A stretch of DNA of 37,314 nucleotides from Candidatus Jacksonbacteria bacterium (GCA_018698735.1 JABIPD010000035.1:1-37314); one strand, 5' to 3'. Positions 1 through 8,968 are shown, counted from the stretch's first letter. A program made the numbers and translations. Notes: generated by a model not told the origin, from the letters alone.

Positions 1-3000
1 TCATCTGCCAAAATCCTCATTACTGCTGTTCCATAAAAGCCGTCCTTGTCTGTTTTTGCTGTCCAGGTTGCGCTTTTGCTTGTTCCTGTTGTTATACTAG
101 CTCCTGCATCTCCACCGACTGTTACTGCTAGCATGTATACTGCTGCTCCAGAGCTATGTGCTGCTGCGTTACTTGTATCGTAACCTCTTTCTACTATTGT
201 TAGATCTGTTCCATCGTTTCCTGAATAATCTATTATTTCGCTGTCTATTAATATTTTTCCACTTGCTGGAAAATTTGTCGCCGTTGAAAGTGTCACTGCC
301 CCTGTATCGCTGTCTGTGAGTGTTTCATTTAACGTGACTCCTGCAAGTTGGTAGTACACCGAAATTGTTCCGGTTGCCTCATCGCTATCTGCAAAGTCGT
401 AACCTACCGTAACTACTCCTGCGCTATTTTGACTTGCTGTTACATTTGAAACTACTGGAGCTACATTTACAACATACGTTATTGTGAGGTCTGAAAGTGT
501 TGGGGTTACTGTCCCATCTGAGTTTAAAAACACCTTATACTGATACCACTGGTCGTCGGTTGAATCTGTATGAGTAGAATTAATTGTTTCTCCGCCAGCG
601 CTATCTGTATAGTAATCTCCGGTACTTGTTGGACCAAGCCAATCAGTCCAGGTGCCAGGAGAACCAGTAGAGTCTGGAGCAGTTCTTAATTGAAATTTAA
701 CATCAGCTCCCGATGGCAATGTTTCCGTCCAGGCCATCTGAGTTAGCAAAACACCAGAAGATTCTGTGTCAAAAGCACTTGAAATTAAATTCTGTTCTGA
801 AGTACTATAACCTGAATAATTTATAGTAATATCGTCCAACGTGGAGGTTCCTGCATTGTTTGCATTTGAAGCAAATGAATACTGATAGACTGTGTCATTA
901 CCTTGACCTACTGCATAAAACTTTGTCCCATCAGGTTTTATAAAAATGCTATACAGTGTACTTTCTTCCGAAACAGCAAAAGAGATCGTGTCATATGATG
1001 CAGTAGAAACGTCCCATGGAGTAGATAAAGTATATTGATAAACCGTATCTTCGTTGGAGCCAACGATATAAAGTTTTGTGCCATCTTGCTTAAATTCAAA
1101 ATCTCTAGGTAATCCTTCTTGTGAACTAGCTGCAAAATCTTTACTGTCATAAGAGCCAGTAGAAATATCCCATGCCGTTGAAAGAGAATATTGTTTAATT
1201 CGCAATGAGCCGTTATCAAGCCTGTACATTTTAGTTCCATCAGGTTTAAAGAAAAGCGCACTAGGAGAGCCGCCCTGGCCACTTACGTCGAGACTTTTAC
1301 TTGCATACGAAGCCGTAGACACGTCCCATGCAGAAGAAAGCGCATATTGATAAACTGCATCGCTCGATGTTCCTGCTATATACATTTTAGTACCGTCTAG
1401 GCTAAAGAAAAGGCCTTCGGGTGTAGTCTCTTGAGTTGTTGGTAAAAATGATTTCGAAGCATAAGAAGCAGTAGAAGCATCCCATGGTGTAGAAACTGTA
1501 TATTGATAAACGGTGTCTGAATTTTGTCCAAGCACATACAATTTAGAGCCATCTAAACTAAATGAAAGTGCTCCCGGAGTTGTGTCTTGAGAATTAAGAG
1601 AGGGAGATGCCTTGCTGTCGTAAACCCCAGTAGAAACATACCAATTACTCCCTAACGACACTTGATACTGAACATATCTATCAGTATCTGTAACACATCC
1701 ATTACCTGATATATCTTCTCCAGATGTAATATCTGTACATGATGTATCTGTAAACGCAGTAGCGCCAGACATATTCGCAGCAGAGTCTGTTCGAACTTTT
1801 ACAGATACAGTTGTTGTGCTTGCATCTGTGGTGTTCCAAGAAGCTATACCGTAAACAGAATTTACAGTGGTATCAAGAATTTGAGAGGTAAATATCCCTG
1901 TTGTGGAATACGTCGTTGCAGATGAATAGTTGATAATTATATCATCAAGACTCGTGCTTGATACCTTGTTGGCATTTGTGGCGAGAGAGTATTGGTAGAC
2001 CAAATCACCAACTCCTATCGTGTAAAATTTTGTGCCATCTGGTTTAAAGAAAAGTCCACTGGGGGTTGCTTCTTCTGAGTTGACATCAAAAAACAGGCTG
2101 TCATATGAAGCAGTTGAGACATCCCATGCTGTTGAGAGGGTGTACTGCTCTACATCGTCGGTATTTACCCCTACTACATACATCTTGGTGCCGTCGGGCT
2201 TGAAGGAAAGTCCATTAACGCTTCCTTCCTCTGAACTCGCATCAAAACTTTTGCTATCATATGAGGCAGTTGAGACATCCCATGCTGTTGAGAGGGTGTA
2301 TTGAAAGACCGTATTAGTCCATGATCCTGTTATATACATCTTGGTGCCGTCGGGCTTAAAGAAGAGGCCGAAGGGTGACCCCTCTTCATCGGTCACGCTA
2401 AAATTCTTGCTGTCGTATGAAGCTGTTGAGACGTCCCAGGGGGTGGAGAGAGTGTACTGCTCTACTTCGTCGTCGCTATATCCTACTACATACATTGTTG
2501 TTCCGTCGGGCTTGAAAGAAAGAGTTAGTGGTGAGGCTTCTTCTGAGTTTACATTTTTACTCTTCGAATCATATGAAGCTGTTGAGACATCCCAGGCTGC
2601 GGACAGAGAATATTGATGAACATCATCGCCATCTCTTCCTACAAGATACATTTTTGTTCCGTCAGGCTTGAAGAAGACACCCGTGACAAAGTCTTCTTCT
2701 GCAGATACGTCAGGAGAAGTGACACCGTCATACGCTGCACTTCCAACATTCCAAGCACCTCCAAGCCGGACTTCGTATTGGACATACTGATCGGTATCGG
2801 TAACACAGGCATTGCTTGTGACATCTTCTCCAGAAATTATGTCTGTGCAAGATGCAAAGGCAGTCGCACCCGACATGTTCGCAGCAGAATCACTCCTTAC
2901 TCGCACAGAAATGGTTGATCCTGCAACATCAGTGGAATTCCATGATACATTATCAAAGGTTGAGTTTCCAGTTGTATCAATAATCTGGGAGGTAAATGTT

Positions 3001-4265
3001 CCAGTCTGAGGATATCCAAGAGTTCCACTTGCTCCTCCGGTATTATGAGTACTGTTATTAAAGTCAGCGATTTTCCAGGATGCACCACTTTTCACGCCTC
3101 GATATCCTGTTGTGTTATAGCCACCATCTGGGTCAGATTCATAATCAGCCCAATAAATAAGTGCCTGGCTCCCGCTTGCTGTTGCTTCATGGGTTGCAAA
3201 ACTATCTCCATTTCCATACGCTTCTGCATCTATTATTTGCTCTGATACACTTCGTAACCCCTCCCAAAGTTGTAAATCTGCATAATCACCACCGTTATCT
3301 ATACCAATACAGGTGTGTTGACCATCGTTTAAATTACTGTGGCCTGCAGATGTTGCTCCACCGGTTCTAAAGGTTTGTGCGATTGTATCGACGTATAGCT
3401 TATAGCGAGAGGTTCCACTATTATAGTCATATTGAAGAGAAAGATAATACCATTTTGAAGTATCACTTAACGGCGTGCCGGCTGTAGTATCTAAAGAGCC
3501 ACCTGCGTCGTCATATACCGTTAAAGAGCCATCTGCATTATATCCAAAGAAATCCCATGTTGAGCCGGATGAGCTACATGTGCCTGTGTTATAAATAAGA
3601 CTCGCTCCACTTGAAGGAGGTTTAAACCAAAGCTCATAGGTGTGGTCGTCTTGTATGGCATCTCCGTCGGTGCTCGTTGAAAATCCTTCATCATATTCGC
3701 TATACGACGTGTGCCACATCCCTTCATCGGCACCGTCCAACGCAGTCATATAATTTCCAAGATCTGTGGAGGCTGCTGAAATTGCTGCTAGTTGAACTTT
3801 TGCAGAATCTCCAGAGCCAGAAACTTCAGTATTTGAATCGGTTCCAGCATCGAAACTCGTATCATTCGTTTCTGTTGTTGATGAAGATCCTCCTGCGCTT
3901 CCTTCGAGCTGAACCTTCGCAGAATCGCCAGATCCACTTACCTCCGTGCTCGAGTCGGTACCGGCATCAAAACTGGTATCATTCGTCTCTGTTGTTGAGG
4001 CTGCTGTTAAAGTTATTGTAAGATCTGTTGACTCGGTTACTTCAGATGATTCGCTTGTGTATTCATCCCAGCCAGTTCTGTTATTGGTATGATCTGCGTT
4101 GTTTGCAGTGACTCCAGTTGCCCAAGTTGTCTGAAGCCATGTATACGATGCTCCGCCTTGGCCAACATCCCAAAAAGACGCAATCAATACCATTGCTCCA
4201 AAAACAAATAACCCGCCTATTATAAATACGCTAATAGTATGTCTCATCTTCTGTGAAATAGGCAT
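1..4265 (-). CDS. Giant membrane-anchored/secreted surface protein, C-terminal end beyond the left window edge (>1420 codons). Contains a TM anchor, a 2 x 39-aa repeat, a LamG/ConA-like module, and two arrays (5 and 6) of 52-aa beta-propeller-type blades
   Basis: Absent from the ORF track because there is no stop inside the window. Hand translation of the minus strand from ATG 4265 (alt ATG 4247) gives MPISQKMRHTISVFIIGGLFVFGAMVLIASFW... The same frame was checked at 3719 (MWHTSYSEYDEGF), 3059 (NNSTHNTGGASG), 2339 (MYITGSWTNTVFQYTLSTAWDVSTASYDSKSF), 1739 (CTDITSGEDISGNGCVTD), 1319 (STASYASKSLDVSGQGGSP), 599 (AGGETINSTHTD) and 5 (..GTAVMRILAD). The listed minus ORFs here are in another frame, and the plus ORFs are antisense shadows of the blade repeat. 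Confidence 0.85.
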   Translation of the reverse strand, partial: MPISQKMRHTISVFIIGGLFVFGAMVLIASFWDVGQGGASYTWLQTTWATGVTANNADHTNNRTGWDEYTSESSEVTESTDLTITLTAASTTETNDTSFDAGTDSSTEVSGSGDSAKVQLEGSAGGSSSTTETNDTSFDAGTDSNTEVSGSGDSAKVQLAAISAASTDLGNYMTALDGADEGMWHTSYSEYDEGFSTSTDGDAIQDDHTYELWFKPPSSGASLIYNTGTCSSSGSTWDFFGYNADGSLTVYDDAGGSLDTTAGTPLSDTSKWYYLSLQYDYNSGTSRYKLYVDTIAQTFRTGGATSAGHSNLNDGQHTCIGIDNGGDYADLQLWEGLRSVSEQIIDAEAYGNGDSFATHEATASGSQALIYWADYESDPDGGYNTTGYRGVKSGASWKIADFNNSTHNTGGASGTLGYPQTGTFTSQIIDTTGNSTFDNVSWNSTDVAGSTISVRVRSDSAANMSGATAFASCTDIISGEDVTSNACVTDTDQYVQYEVRLGGAWNVGSAAYDGVTSPDVSAEEDFVTGVFFKPDGTKMYLVGRDGDDVHQYSLSAAWDVSTASYDSKSKNVNSEEASPLTLSFKPDGTTMYVVGYSDDEVEQYTLSTPWDVSTASYDSKNFSVTDEEGSPFGLFFKPDGTKMYITGSWTNTVFQYTLSTAWDVSTASYDSKSFDASSEEGSVNGLSFKPDGTKMYVVGVNTDDVEQYTLSTAWDVSTASYDSLFFDVNSEEATPSGLFFKPDGTKFYTIGVGDLVYQYSLATNANKVSSTSLDDIIINYSSATTYSTTGIFTSQILDTTVNSVYGIASWNTTDASTTTVSVKVRTDSAANMSGATAFTDTSCTDITSGEDISGNGCVTDTDRYVQYQVSLGSNWYVSTGVYDSKASPSLNSQDTTPGALSFSLDGSKLYVLGQNSDTVYQYTVSTPWDASTASYASKSFLPTTQETTPEGLFFSLDGTKMYIAGTSSDAVYQYALSSAWDVSTASYASKSLDVSGQGGSPSALFFKPDGTKMYRLDNGSLRIKQYSLSTAWDISTGSYDSKDFAASSQEGLPRDFEFKQDGTKLYIVGSNEDTVYQYTLSTPWDVSTASYDTISFAVSEESTLYSIFIKPDGTKFYAVGQGNDTVYQYSFASNANNAGTSTLDDITINYSGYSTSEQNLISSAFDTESSGVLLTQMAWTETLPSGADVKFQLRTAPDSTGSPGTWTDWLGPTSTGDYYTDSAGGETINSTHTDSTDDQWYQYKVFLNSDGTVTPTLSDLTITYVVNVAPVVSNVTASQNSAGVVTVGYDFADSDEATGTISVYYQLAGVTLNETLTDSDTGAVTLSTATNFPASGKILIDSEIIDYSGNDGTDLTIVERGYDTSNAAAHSSGAAVYMLAVTVGGDAGASITTGTSKSATWTAKTDKDGFYGTAVMRILAD

Positions 4266-4300
4266 AACACAATTATTTTTATTTTGTTTGGATTCCAAAA

Positions 4301-4328
4301 ACTATAGGATCCACTTTTTTAGTTACAA
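4301..4328 (-). promoter_or_regulatory. Candidate sigma70-type promoter of the giant gene (TTGTAA-N16-TATAGT, ~35-nt leader)
   Basis: Minus strand reads ttgTTGTAActaaaaaagtggatccTATAGTttttgg, ending 35 nt before ATG 4265. Confidence 0.3.
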
Positions 4329-4357
4329 CAAAAGTATACCATTTATTTGGGTATACT
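4325..4357 (-). terminator. Intrinsic terminator after the GT2 gene
   Basis: An 8-bp stem (agtatacc 4333-4340 / ggtatact 4350-4357) is followed on the minus strand by tttgttgt. Confidence 0.55.
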
Positions 4358-4387
4358 TATAATCTTTATCCACATTTATTTTTAGCT

Positions 4388-5074
4388 TTATTTTGTTTTG
4401 CCAAAAACTCCCTTCCCCACAATAATTTCTTGTAAAACTCGAGCCATTCGAGATACCGAGCCTTCGGATTTTTGTTTTGTATATTCTGTATAAAGAATGG
4501 TAACCGGAACCTCTTTATACCGAAGATTATGACGAACAACTTCTTCTATAATTTCTGAAGCATGCGCCATTCTACTCTGCTTGATAGTTATTTTTTTCGC
4601 GGCATGAGAAGTAAATGCTCGAAACCCATTATGAACATCTGTAAGATTTAACCCTGTTAGCAATCGCATAAACAAAAGAGAAGCCTTTAAAGATGCCCAC
4701 CTGAATTTAGTCATATTTTCTACTGCGCCTAAGAATCGAGAGCCTAAGACAACATCTACCTCGTTTTGAACTAAAGCCTCTATAAACAATGCTATTTCCT
4801 CTGATTTATGCTGGCCATCGGCATCAAATGTTACAACAATATCTGCGCTAAGCGTAAGGGCGTAATCTATCCCCGTTGCAAGCGCTGCACCTTGCCCCCT
4901 GTTTATATAATGCCGAAGAACATGCGCTTTTGTTTTTTGAGCAAACCTATGAGTACTATCGTGAGAACAATCGTCTACCACCACCACCTCGTACCCACAA
5001 CAAAGAACTTCCTCAACAACTGACTTTATAATCTTCGCTTCGTTAAATGCAGGTATAACAACAACTATTTTCAT
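4388..5074 (-). CDS. GT2 family glycosyltransferase, polyprenyl-phosphate sugar transferase-like (DPM1/ArnC/GtrB type)
   Basis: ORF 4388..5095. Internal ATG 5074 (MKIVVVIPAFNE) lies 1 nt after the ugd stop. Motifs VVVDDCSHDST and TFDADGQH (DxD) are present. Confidence 0.85.
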   Translation of the reverse strand: MKIVVVIPAFNEAKIIKSVVEEVLCCGYEVVVVDDCSHDSTHRFAQKTKAHVLRHYINRGQGAALATGIDYALTLSADIVVTFDADGQHKSEEIALFIEALVQNEVDVVLGSRFLGAVENMTKFRWASLKASLLFMRLLTGLNLTDVHNGFRAFTSHAAKKITIKQSRMAHASEIIEEVVRHNLRYKEVPVTILYTEYTKQKSEGSVSRMARVLQEIIVGKGVFGKTK

Positions 5075-5075
5075 A

Positions 5076-6341
5076 TTACAATCTTCCAATTCCAATATAA
5101 TTCCAGCCTATACTCTTCATTCCCTCTTTGTCTAAAAGATTTTTTGCATCTACAATGACCGGAGTAGATACTATCGATTTCAGCTTAGCCCAATCATACT
5201 CTTTAAATTCTTCCCATTCTGTGGCAATCACCACGCATTCAGAATCTTCTATGCATTCTTCAACTGTATCTGTTGCCTCTGGCAGATTCCGTACTTCAGG
5301 ATCATACGCCTTTACAACAGCCCCCTGGGCCTTTAATTTTTCTATCAAATAAATAGCTGGAGATTCTCGAGTGTCATCGGTATCTCCCTTAAACGCGATT
5401 CCTAGTATAGCTATCTTTTCACCTTTAACACCAACTTTACATGCCTCTATAATTTTTTTTAAAACAAATTCTCTTTGAGTATTGTTTACTTCTATCGTCG
5501 CCCTTAAAAGTTGAAACGTATAATCGTTCTCGCCTGCCAATGAAGAAAGAGCTCTTACATCTTTCGGAAAACAACTGCCACCATAGCCTATACCGGCTTT
5601 TAAAAATTCTTTTCCTATACGAGGATCGAGCCCAATGCCAGTAGCTATATCGTCTACATCTGCGCTAATTTCTTCACATACACGGGCTACTTCGTTTATA
5701 AAAGAGATTTTTGTAGCCAAAAATGCATTAGCAGCATACTTGGTAAGCTCTGAGCTTTCCCACTGCATTGGAACTTTGGGGCAATCCCATATATTGAGCA
5801 ATTCTTCCAATACTTGATTATTCTTCCCATCTTCTGTGCCTAATACAATTCTATCTGGATTTTTAAAATCCGAAACCGCCTTTCCTTCTCTTAAAAACTC
5901 TGGTAATGAAACAACTTCAAAACCATTACCAAGTTTTTCTTTTGCCTTTCTGGCTGTACCCACAGGAACGGTTGATTTGTTTATTACGAACACACCCCCT
6001 GGCCCCCTCTTAATAGAGGGGGAAGATTTAGTTGTCTGCTTTATTTGATCTATCACATGCCAATAAGCCTTCATGTCTGGAGCTCCGTCCTCCAGCGGGG
6101 GAGTACCAACACAAACAATATATACATCCGCCCTTTCGAGCAGAGAAGTGAATATCAGCTTCTCTTTATTTTTCTGCACAAGCTCTTTTAACCCAGGTTC
6201 GTAGAATGGCACTTCTCCCCTCTTAAGACTTTCAATTTTTTCCGTATTAACATCTACACACGTAATATCAAAACCAGCGTCCGCAAAACACACGCCTGTT
6301 ACAAGTCCAACATAACCTGTTCCTATAATGGCAATATTCAT
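5076..6341 (-). CDS. ugd: UDP-glucose 6-dehydrogenase (nucleotide-sugar dehydrogenase family)
   Basis: ORF 5076..6377. The likely start is ATG 6341 (MNIAIIGTGYVGLVTG Rossmann motif). The catalytic-Cys signature GYGGSCFPKD is present. Confidence 0.9.
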   Translation of the reverse strand: MNIAIIGTGYVGLVTGVCFADAGFDITCVDVNTEKIESLKRGEVPFYEPGLKELVQKNKEKLIFTSLLERADVYIVCVGTPPLEDGAPDMKAYWHVIDQIKQTTKSSPSIKRGPGGVFVINKSTVPVGTARKAKEKLGNGFEVVSLPEFLREGKAVSDFKNPDRIVLGTEDGKNNQVLEELLNIWDCPKVPMQWESSELTKYAANAFLATKISFINEVARVCEEISADVDDIATGIGLDPRIGKEFLKAGIGYGGSCFPKDVRALSSLAGENDYTFQLLRATIEVNNTQREFVLKKIIEACKVGVKGEKIAILGIAFKGDTDDTRESPAIYLIEKLKAQGAVVKAYDPEVRNLPEATDTVEECIEDSECVVIATEWEEFKEYDWAKLKSIVSTPVIVDAKNLLDKEGMKSIGWNYIGIGRL

Positions 6342-6407
6342 AAACAAATATTCACAAAGCTCTAAAACATTGGACATTACATTTTGTATTTCTTTAGAGT
6401 TTAGGGT

Positions 6408-7328
6408 TTAGTGCTTAGATTTTTTTTCACTCCACCACTCCCATGTTTTCGCCAGGCCATCTTCTATCGAAACGCTCGAACTCCATCCCCACTCTTTAGC
6501 TTTATCTGAATTAAGAACACTCCTAACTACTTCATCTTGAGTTTTTTCTTGTGTAATCGTAAGTGCCTTCCTTGAGACGCCTTGAAGCATTTTTATAACA
6601 TTATTAAGTTGAGTTTCGCCACCTGTCCCAATATTAAAAATTTCGTATTGAGCGGATTGATCCAAAGCTTTAAGATTTGCTTTTACTATATCTTCTACAT
6701 ATACAAAATCTCGTGTCTGGTTGCCATCTCCATTTAATATAAACTCTTCATCATCTTTTAATGCCTTGCAGATTATTGCCACAACTCCACCACCATCATG
6801 CGGCTGATGTGGACCATATACATTGGCGTATCTTAATAGAGTAACAGCTGCCTGCTTATTTGCATGGAAATATTCGTTCAAAATAACCTCTGCCCTTTTT
6901 TTAGATTCTCCATACGGAGAAGTTGGCATTAACGGAGAATCTTCTGGGGTAGGAATTACTTCTGGGTCACCGTATATAGCGCCGCCACTAGATGCAAACA
7001 CCACTTTTTGTGGCTTTAAAATATCTAACAATAGTTTCGTTGCTTCTGTGTTTATTGCAAACGTCTCTTCCGGTTTTTTTAAACTGTCTGGAACAGAAAT
7101 TTGCGCAGCTAAGTGAATAAGAGCTTCTGGGTTTTGCTCTTTTTTAACTTTTTCTAGAACAGTTACATCACGAATGTCGGCATTATAAAAAGACACTCCA
7201 CTGGGAATATTGTCTTTAAATCCATGGCTTAAATTATCTATAACAGAAACGGTATGCCCAGCTTTTAAACAGGCACTAACCGTGTGAGACCCGATAAATC
7301 CAGCTCCTCCAGTAATACAAACATTCAT
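6408..7328 (-). CDS. NAD-dependent epimerase/dehydratase (GalE-like extended SDR)
   Basis: ORF 6408..7469, but residues 1-47 run through a REP element and a promoter arm. The real start is ATG 7328 (MNVCITGGAGFIGSH). YxxxK is present as YGESKKRAE. Confidence 0.85.
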   Translation of the reverse strand: MNVCITGGAGFIGSHTVSACLKAGHTVSVIDNLSHGFKDNIPSGVSFYNADIRDVTVLEKVKKEQNPEALIHLAAQISVPDSLKKPEETFAINTEATKLLLDILKPQKVVFASSGGAIYGDPEVIPTPEDSPLMPTSPYGESKKRAEVILNEYFHANKQAAVTLLRYANVYGPHQPHDGGGVVAIICKALKDDEEFILNGDGNQTRDFVYVEDIVKANLKALDQSAQYEIFNIGTGGETQLNNVIKMLQGVSRKALTITQEKTQDEVVRSVLNSDKAKEWGWSSSVSIEDGLAKTWEWWSEKKSKH

Positions 7329-7330
7329 AG

Positions 7331-7370
7331 AGTAATCCCGAATATACAAATCAAGTACAAATATACGAAT
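7331..7370 (-). promoter_or_regulatory. 40-bp promoter-bearing arm, copy A (TCGTAT-N16-TATATT), 12 nt from ATG 7328
   Basis: Minus strand reads attcgtatatttgtacttgatttgtatattcgggattact. It is 35/39 identical to copy D2. Confidence 0.55.
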
Positions 7371-7387
7371 TGTAAAATTTTTTAGTA

Positions 7388-7495
7388 CGTCATTCTGCCG
7401 TGCCCCGTCCTTGTGATGGGGACTGCAGGGGAAGAATCTCTTAATAAGACAAAAACAAAGATTCTTCACTTCGCAAAGCCTTGTTCAGAATGACG
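7388..7495. repeat. REP-like nested palindromic element
   Basis: 10-bp inverted repeat cgtcattctg (7388-7397) / cagaatgacg (7486-7495). Inner 9-bp stem gaagaatct (7431-7439) / agattcttc (7459-7467). Confidence 0.6.
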
Positions 7496-7530
7496 CAAGA
7501 GAGAGGGTCTACTCAGTATCATTTTGTATA

Positions 7531-8538
7531 TTAGTGATTCGTTGTTGGCTTTTTTACTCGCATAGCACGCAGCGAATCTACTGTTTTCTTTAGCCCCTCT
7601 TCCATCGACACCACAGGATACCACCCCAAAGCCTCTTTTGCCAGCGAAATGTCAAGCATTGCATGCTGATGCATTTCTTTTTCGTTTTTTTCTATAATTT
7701 GAGATTTACTTCCAATAATACTTTGTATAGCATTAATTAAATCGTTTAATGTATACGAAGTGTTAGCGCTAAAATTCATTGGTCCTGGCTGATCTGATGC
7801 CATCATTTTTAACAAACCTTCTACAATATCTAATACATACACCACCGTGATAGCGTCTTTCTTGTTTGAGTGCAATACGATAGGTTCGTTGTTCATGGCG
7901 TTTTCAACAATATCTGCTATTAACCTACCACTTCCAAGTTTCATATGTGGCCCGTACACACTCGCAACTCGAGCAATTTTTGTGTCGATGCCATTTTCTT
8001 TACCAAACCAATATATCATCATCTCTGCAAAGCGCTTGCCTTCTGCATACGCACCTTTTGGGCCTATCTGATCTACATACCCCCAGTATGTTTCTGGTAC
8101 CAGTTTTTCGTGGTCTGCTTGCCCATAAACCCAAGAAGAAGATGTAAACAAAAACTTTGCCTTCCATTTTTTTGCAATCTGCAAGGCATTGTATGTAGCA
8201 TGAGAAGCAGCCATTGCAGTTCGCAGCGGTTGTTCTTTATGATCTTTCGGGGTAGAGGGCGATGCTAAATGATACACCTCTTGAACACCTTGAAACTCCA
8301 TTTGGAATTTCTCCATATCTGGCTGCTGAGCTAAATCGAGAGGTAATGTTAAATCGTGACGAACCAACTCGAAATCTGGCAGCTGCAATAAATGCTGTAC
8401 ATTTTCTACAAAACCAGTGCTGAGATCGTCTACACAAATAACATGATGCTGTTTTACAAGCACCTCACATAACTGGGAGCCTAAGAATCCAGCGCCTCCT
8501 GTTACCAATATATTTTTTTTACCACTTGGAAAATGCAT
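7531..8538 (-). CDS. UDP-glucuronate decarboxylase-like (UDP-xylose synthase-like) extended SDR
   Basis: ORF 7531..8577. The real start is ATG 8538 (MHFPSGKKNILVTGGAGFLGSQL). Motifs HHVICVDDLSTGF, YHLASPSTP and YAEGKRFAE resemble the UXS family, and ugd is adjacent. Confidence 0.7.
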   Translation of the reverse strand: MHFPSGKKNILVTGGAGFLGSQLCEVLVKQHHVICVDDLSTGFVENVQHLLQLPDFELVRHDLTLPLDLAQQPDMEKFQMEFQGVQEVYHLASPSTPKDHKEQPLRTAMAASHATYNALQIAKKWKAKFLFTSSSWVYGQADHEKLVPETYWGYVDQIGPKGAYAEGKRFAEMMIYWFGKENGIDTKIARVASVYGPHMKLGSGRLIADIVENAMNNEPIVLHSNKKDAITVVYVLDIVEGLLKMMASDQPGPMNFSANTSYTLNDLINAIQSIIGSKSQIIEKNEKEMHQHAMLDISLAKEALGWYPVVSMEEGLKKTVDSLRAMRVKKPTTNH

Positions 8539-8540
8539 AG

Positions 8541-8579
8541 AGTAGTCACGAATATACAAATTTAAACAAATATACAAAT
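8541..8579 (-). promoter_or_regulatory. Promoter-bearing arm, copy B (TTGTAT-N15-TATATT), 12 nt from ATG 8538
   Basis: Minus strand reads atttgtatatttgtttaaatttgtatattcgtgactact, followed by ct and then the ATG. Confidence 0.55.
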
Positions 8580-8968
8580 CAGACTTTTTTATTAAGGATA
8601 CGTCTGTACTTAACTCCCTCTCGTGTAAAATATATTAGTATTGCTAATTGGCAGTTCAAAACTCTCAAATATTCTAAAACTTGTTTAATATGTACGTATC
8701 CCATCCTAGGTCTTACCTTTAATTCTAATATTATTTTATCATCAACTATTAAATCCAAAAAATACCTTCCAATACTTTCATTTTTATACGAGAGCTCCAC
8801 ACATTTTTGTGATTCAAATAGAACATCTTTTTCTTTTAACGAAACCTCAAAAGCTCGTTGGTAGTGCTTCTCCTGCATTCCATAACCAAGCTCATTATAC
8901 ACCTCATACGCTATACCTACTATCCTATAACTCAACTCTGGATATATAACCTTTTCATTGTCTATCAT
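8579..8968 (-). CDS. GxxExxY family protein (PD-(D/E)XK nuclease fold)
   Basis: 129 aa. It has an N-terminal IVGIAYEVYNELGYG motif and the core LDLIVDDKIILELK (D...ExK). Size and layout are typical for the family. Confidence 0.8.
   Translation of the reverse strand: MIDNEKVIYPELSYRIVGIAYEVYNELGYGMQEKHYQRAFEVSLKEKDVLFESQKCVELSYKNESIGRYFLDLIVDDKIILELKVRPRMGYVHIKQVLEYLRVLNCQLAILIYFTREGVKYRRILNKKV

Noticed and set aside
2032-2616. Plus-strand ORFs 2032..2304 and 2341..2616 with repeated peptide SYEAVETSHAVERVY.
   Set aside because: They are the antisense reading of the 156-bp blade repeats (YTLSTAWDVSTASYD) of the long minus-strand ORF. The repeat periodicity belongs to the minus frame.
7329-7469. 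N-terminal extensions of the listed ORFs (6408..7469, 7531..8577, 12110..13021, 32545..32844, 5076..6377, 4388..5095).
   Set aside because: The extensions run through promoter arms or REP elements and give nonsense peptides. Internal ATGs give canonical N-termini (Rossmann GGAGFIG, MNIAIIGTGYVG, TM anchors).
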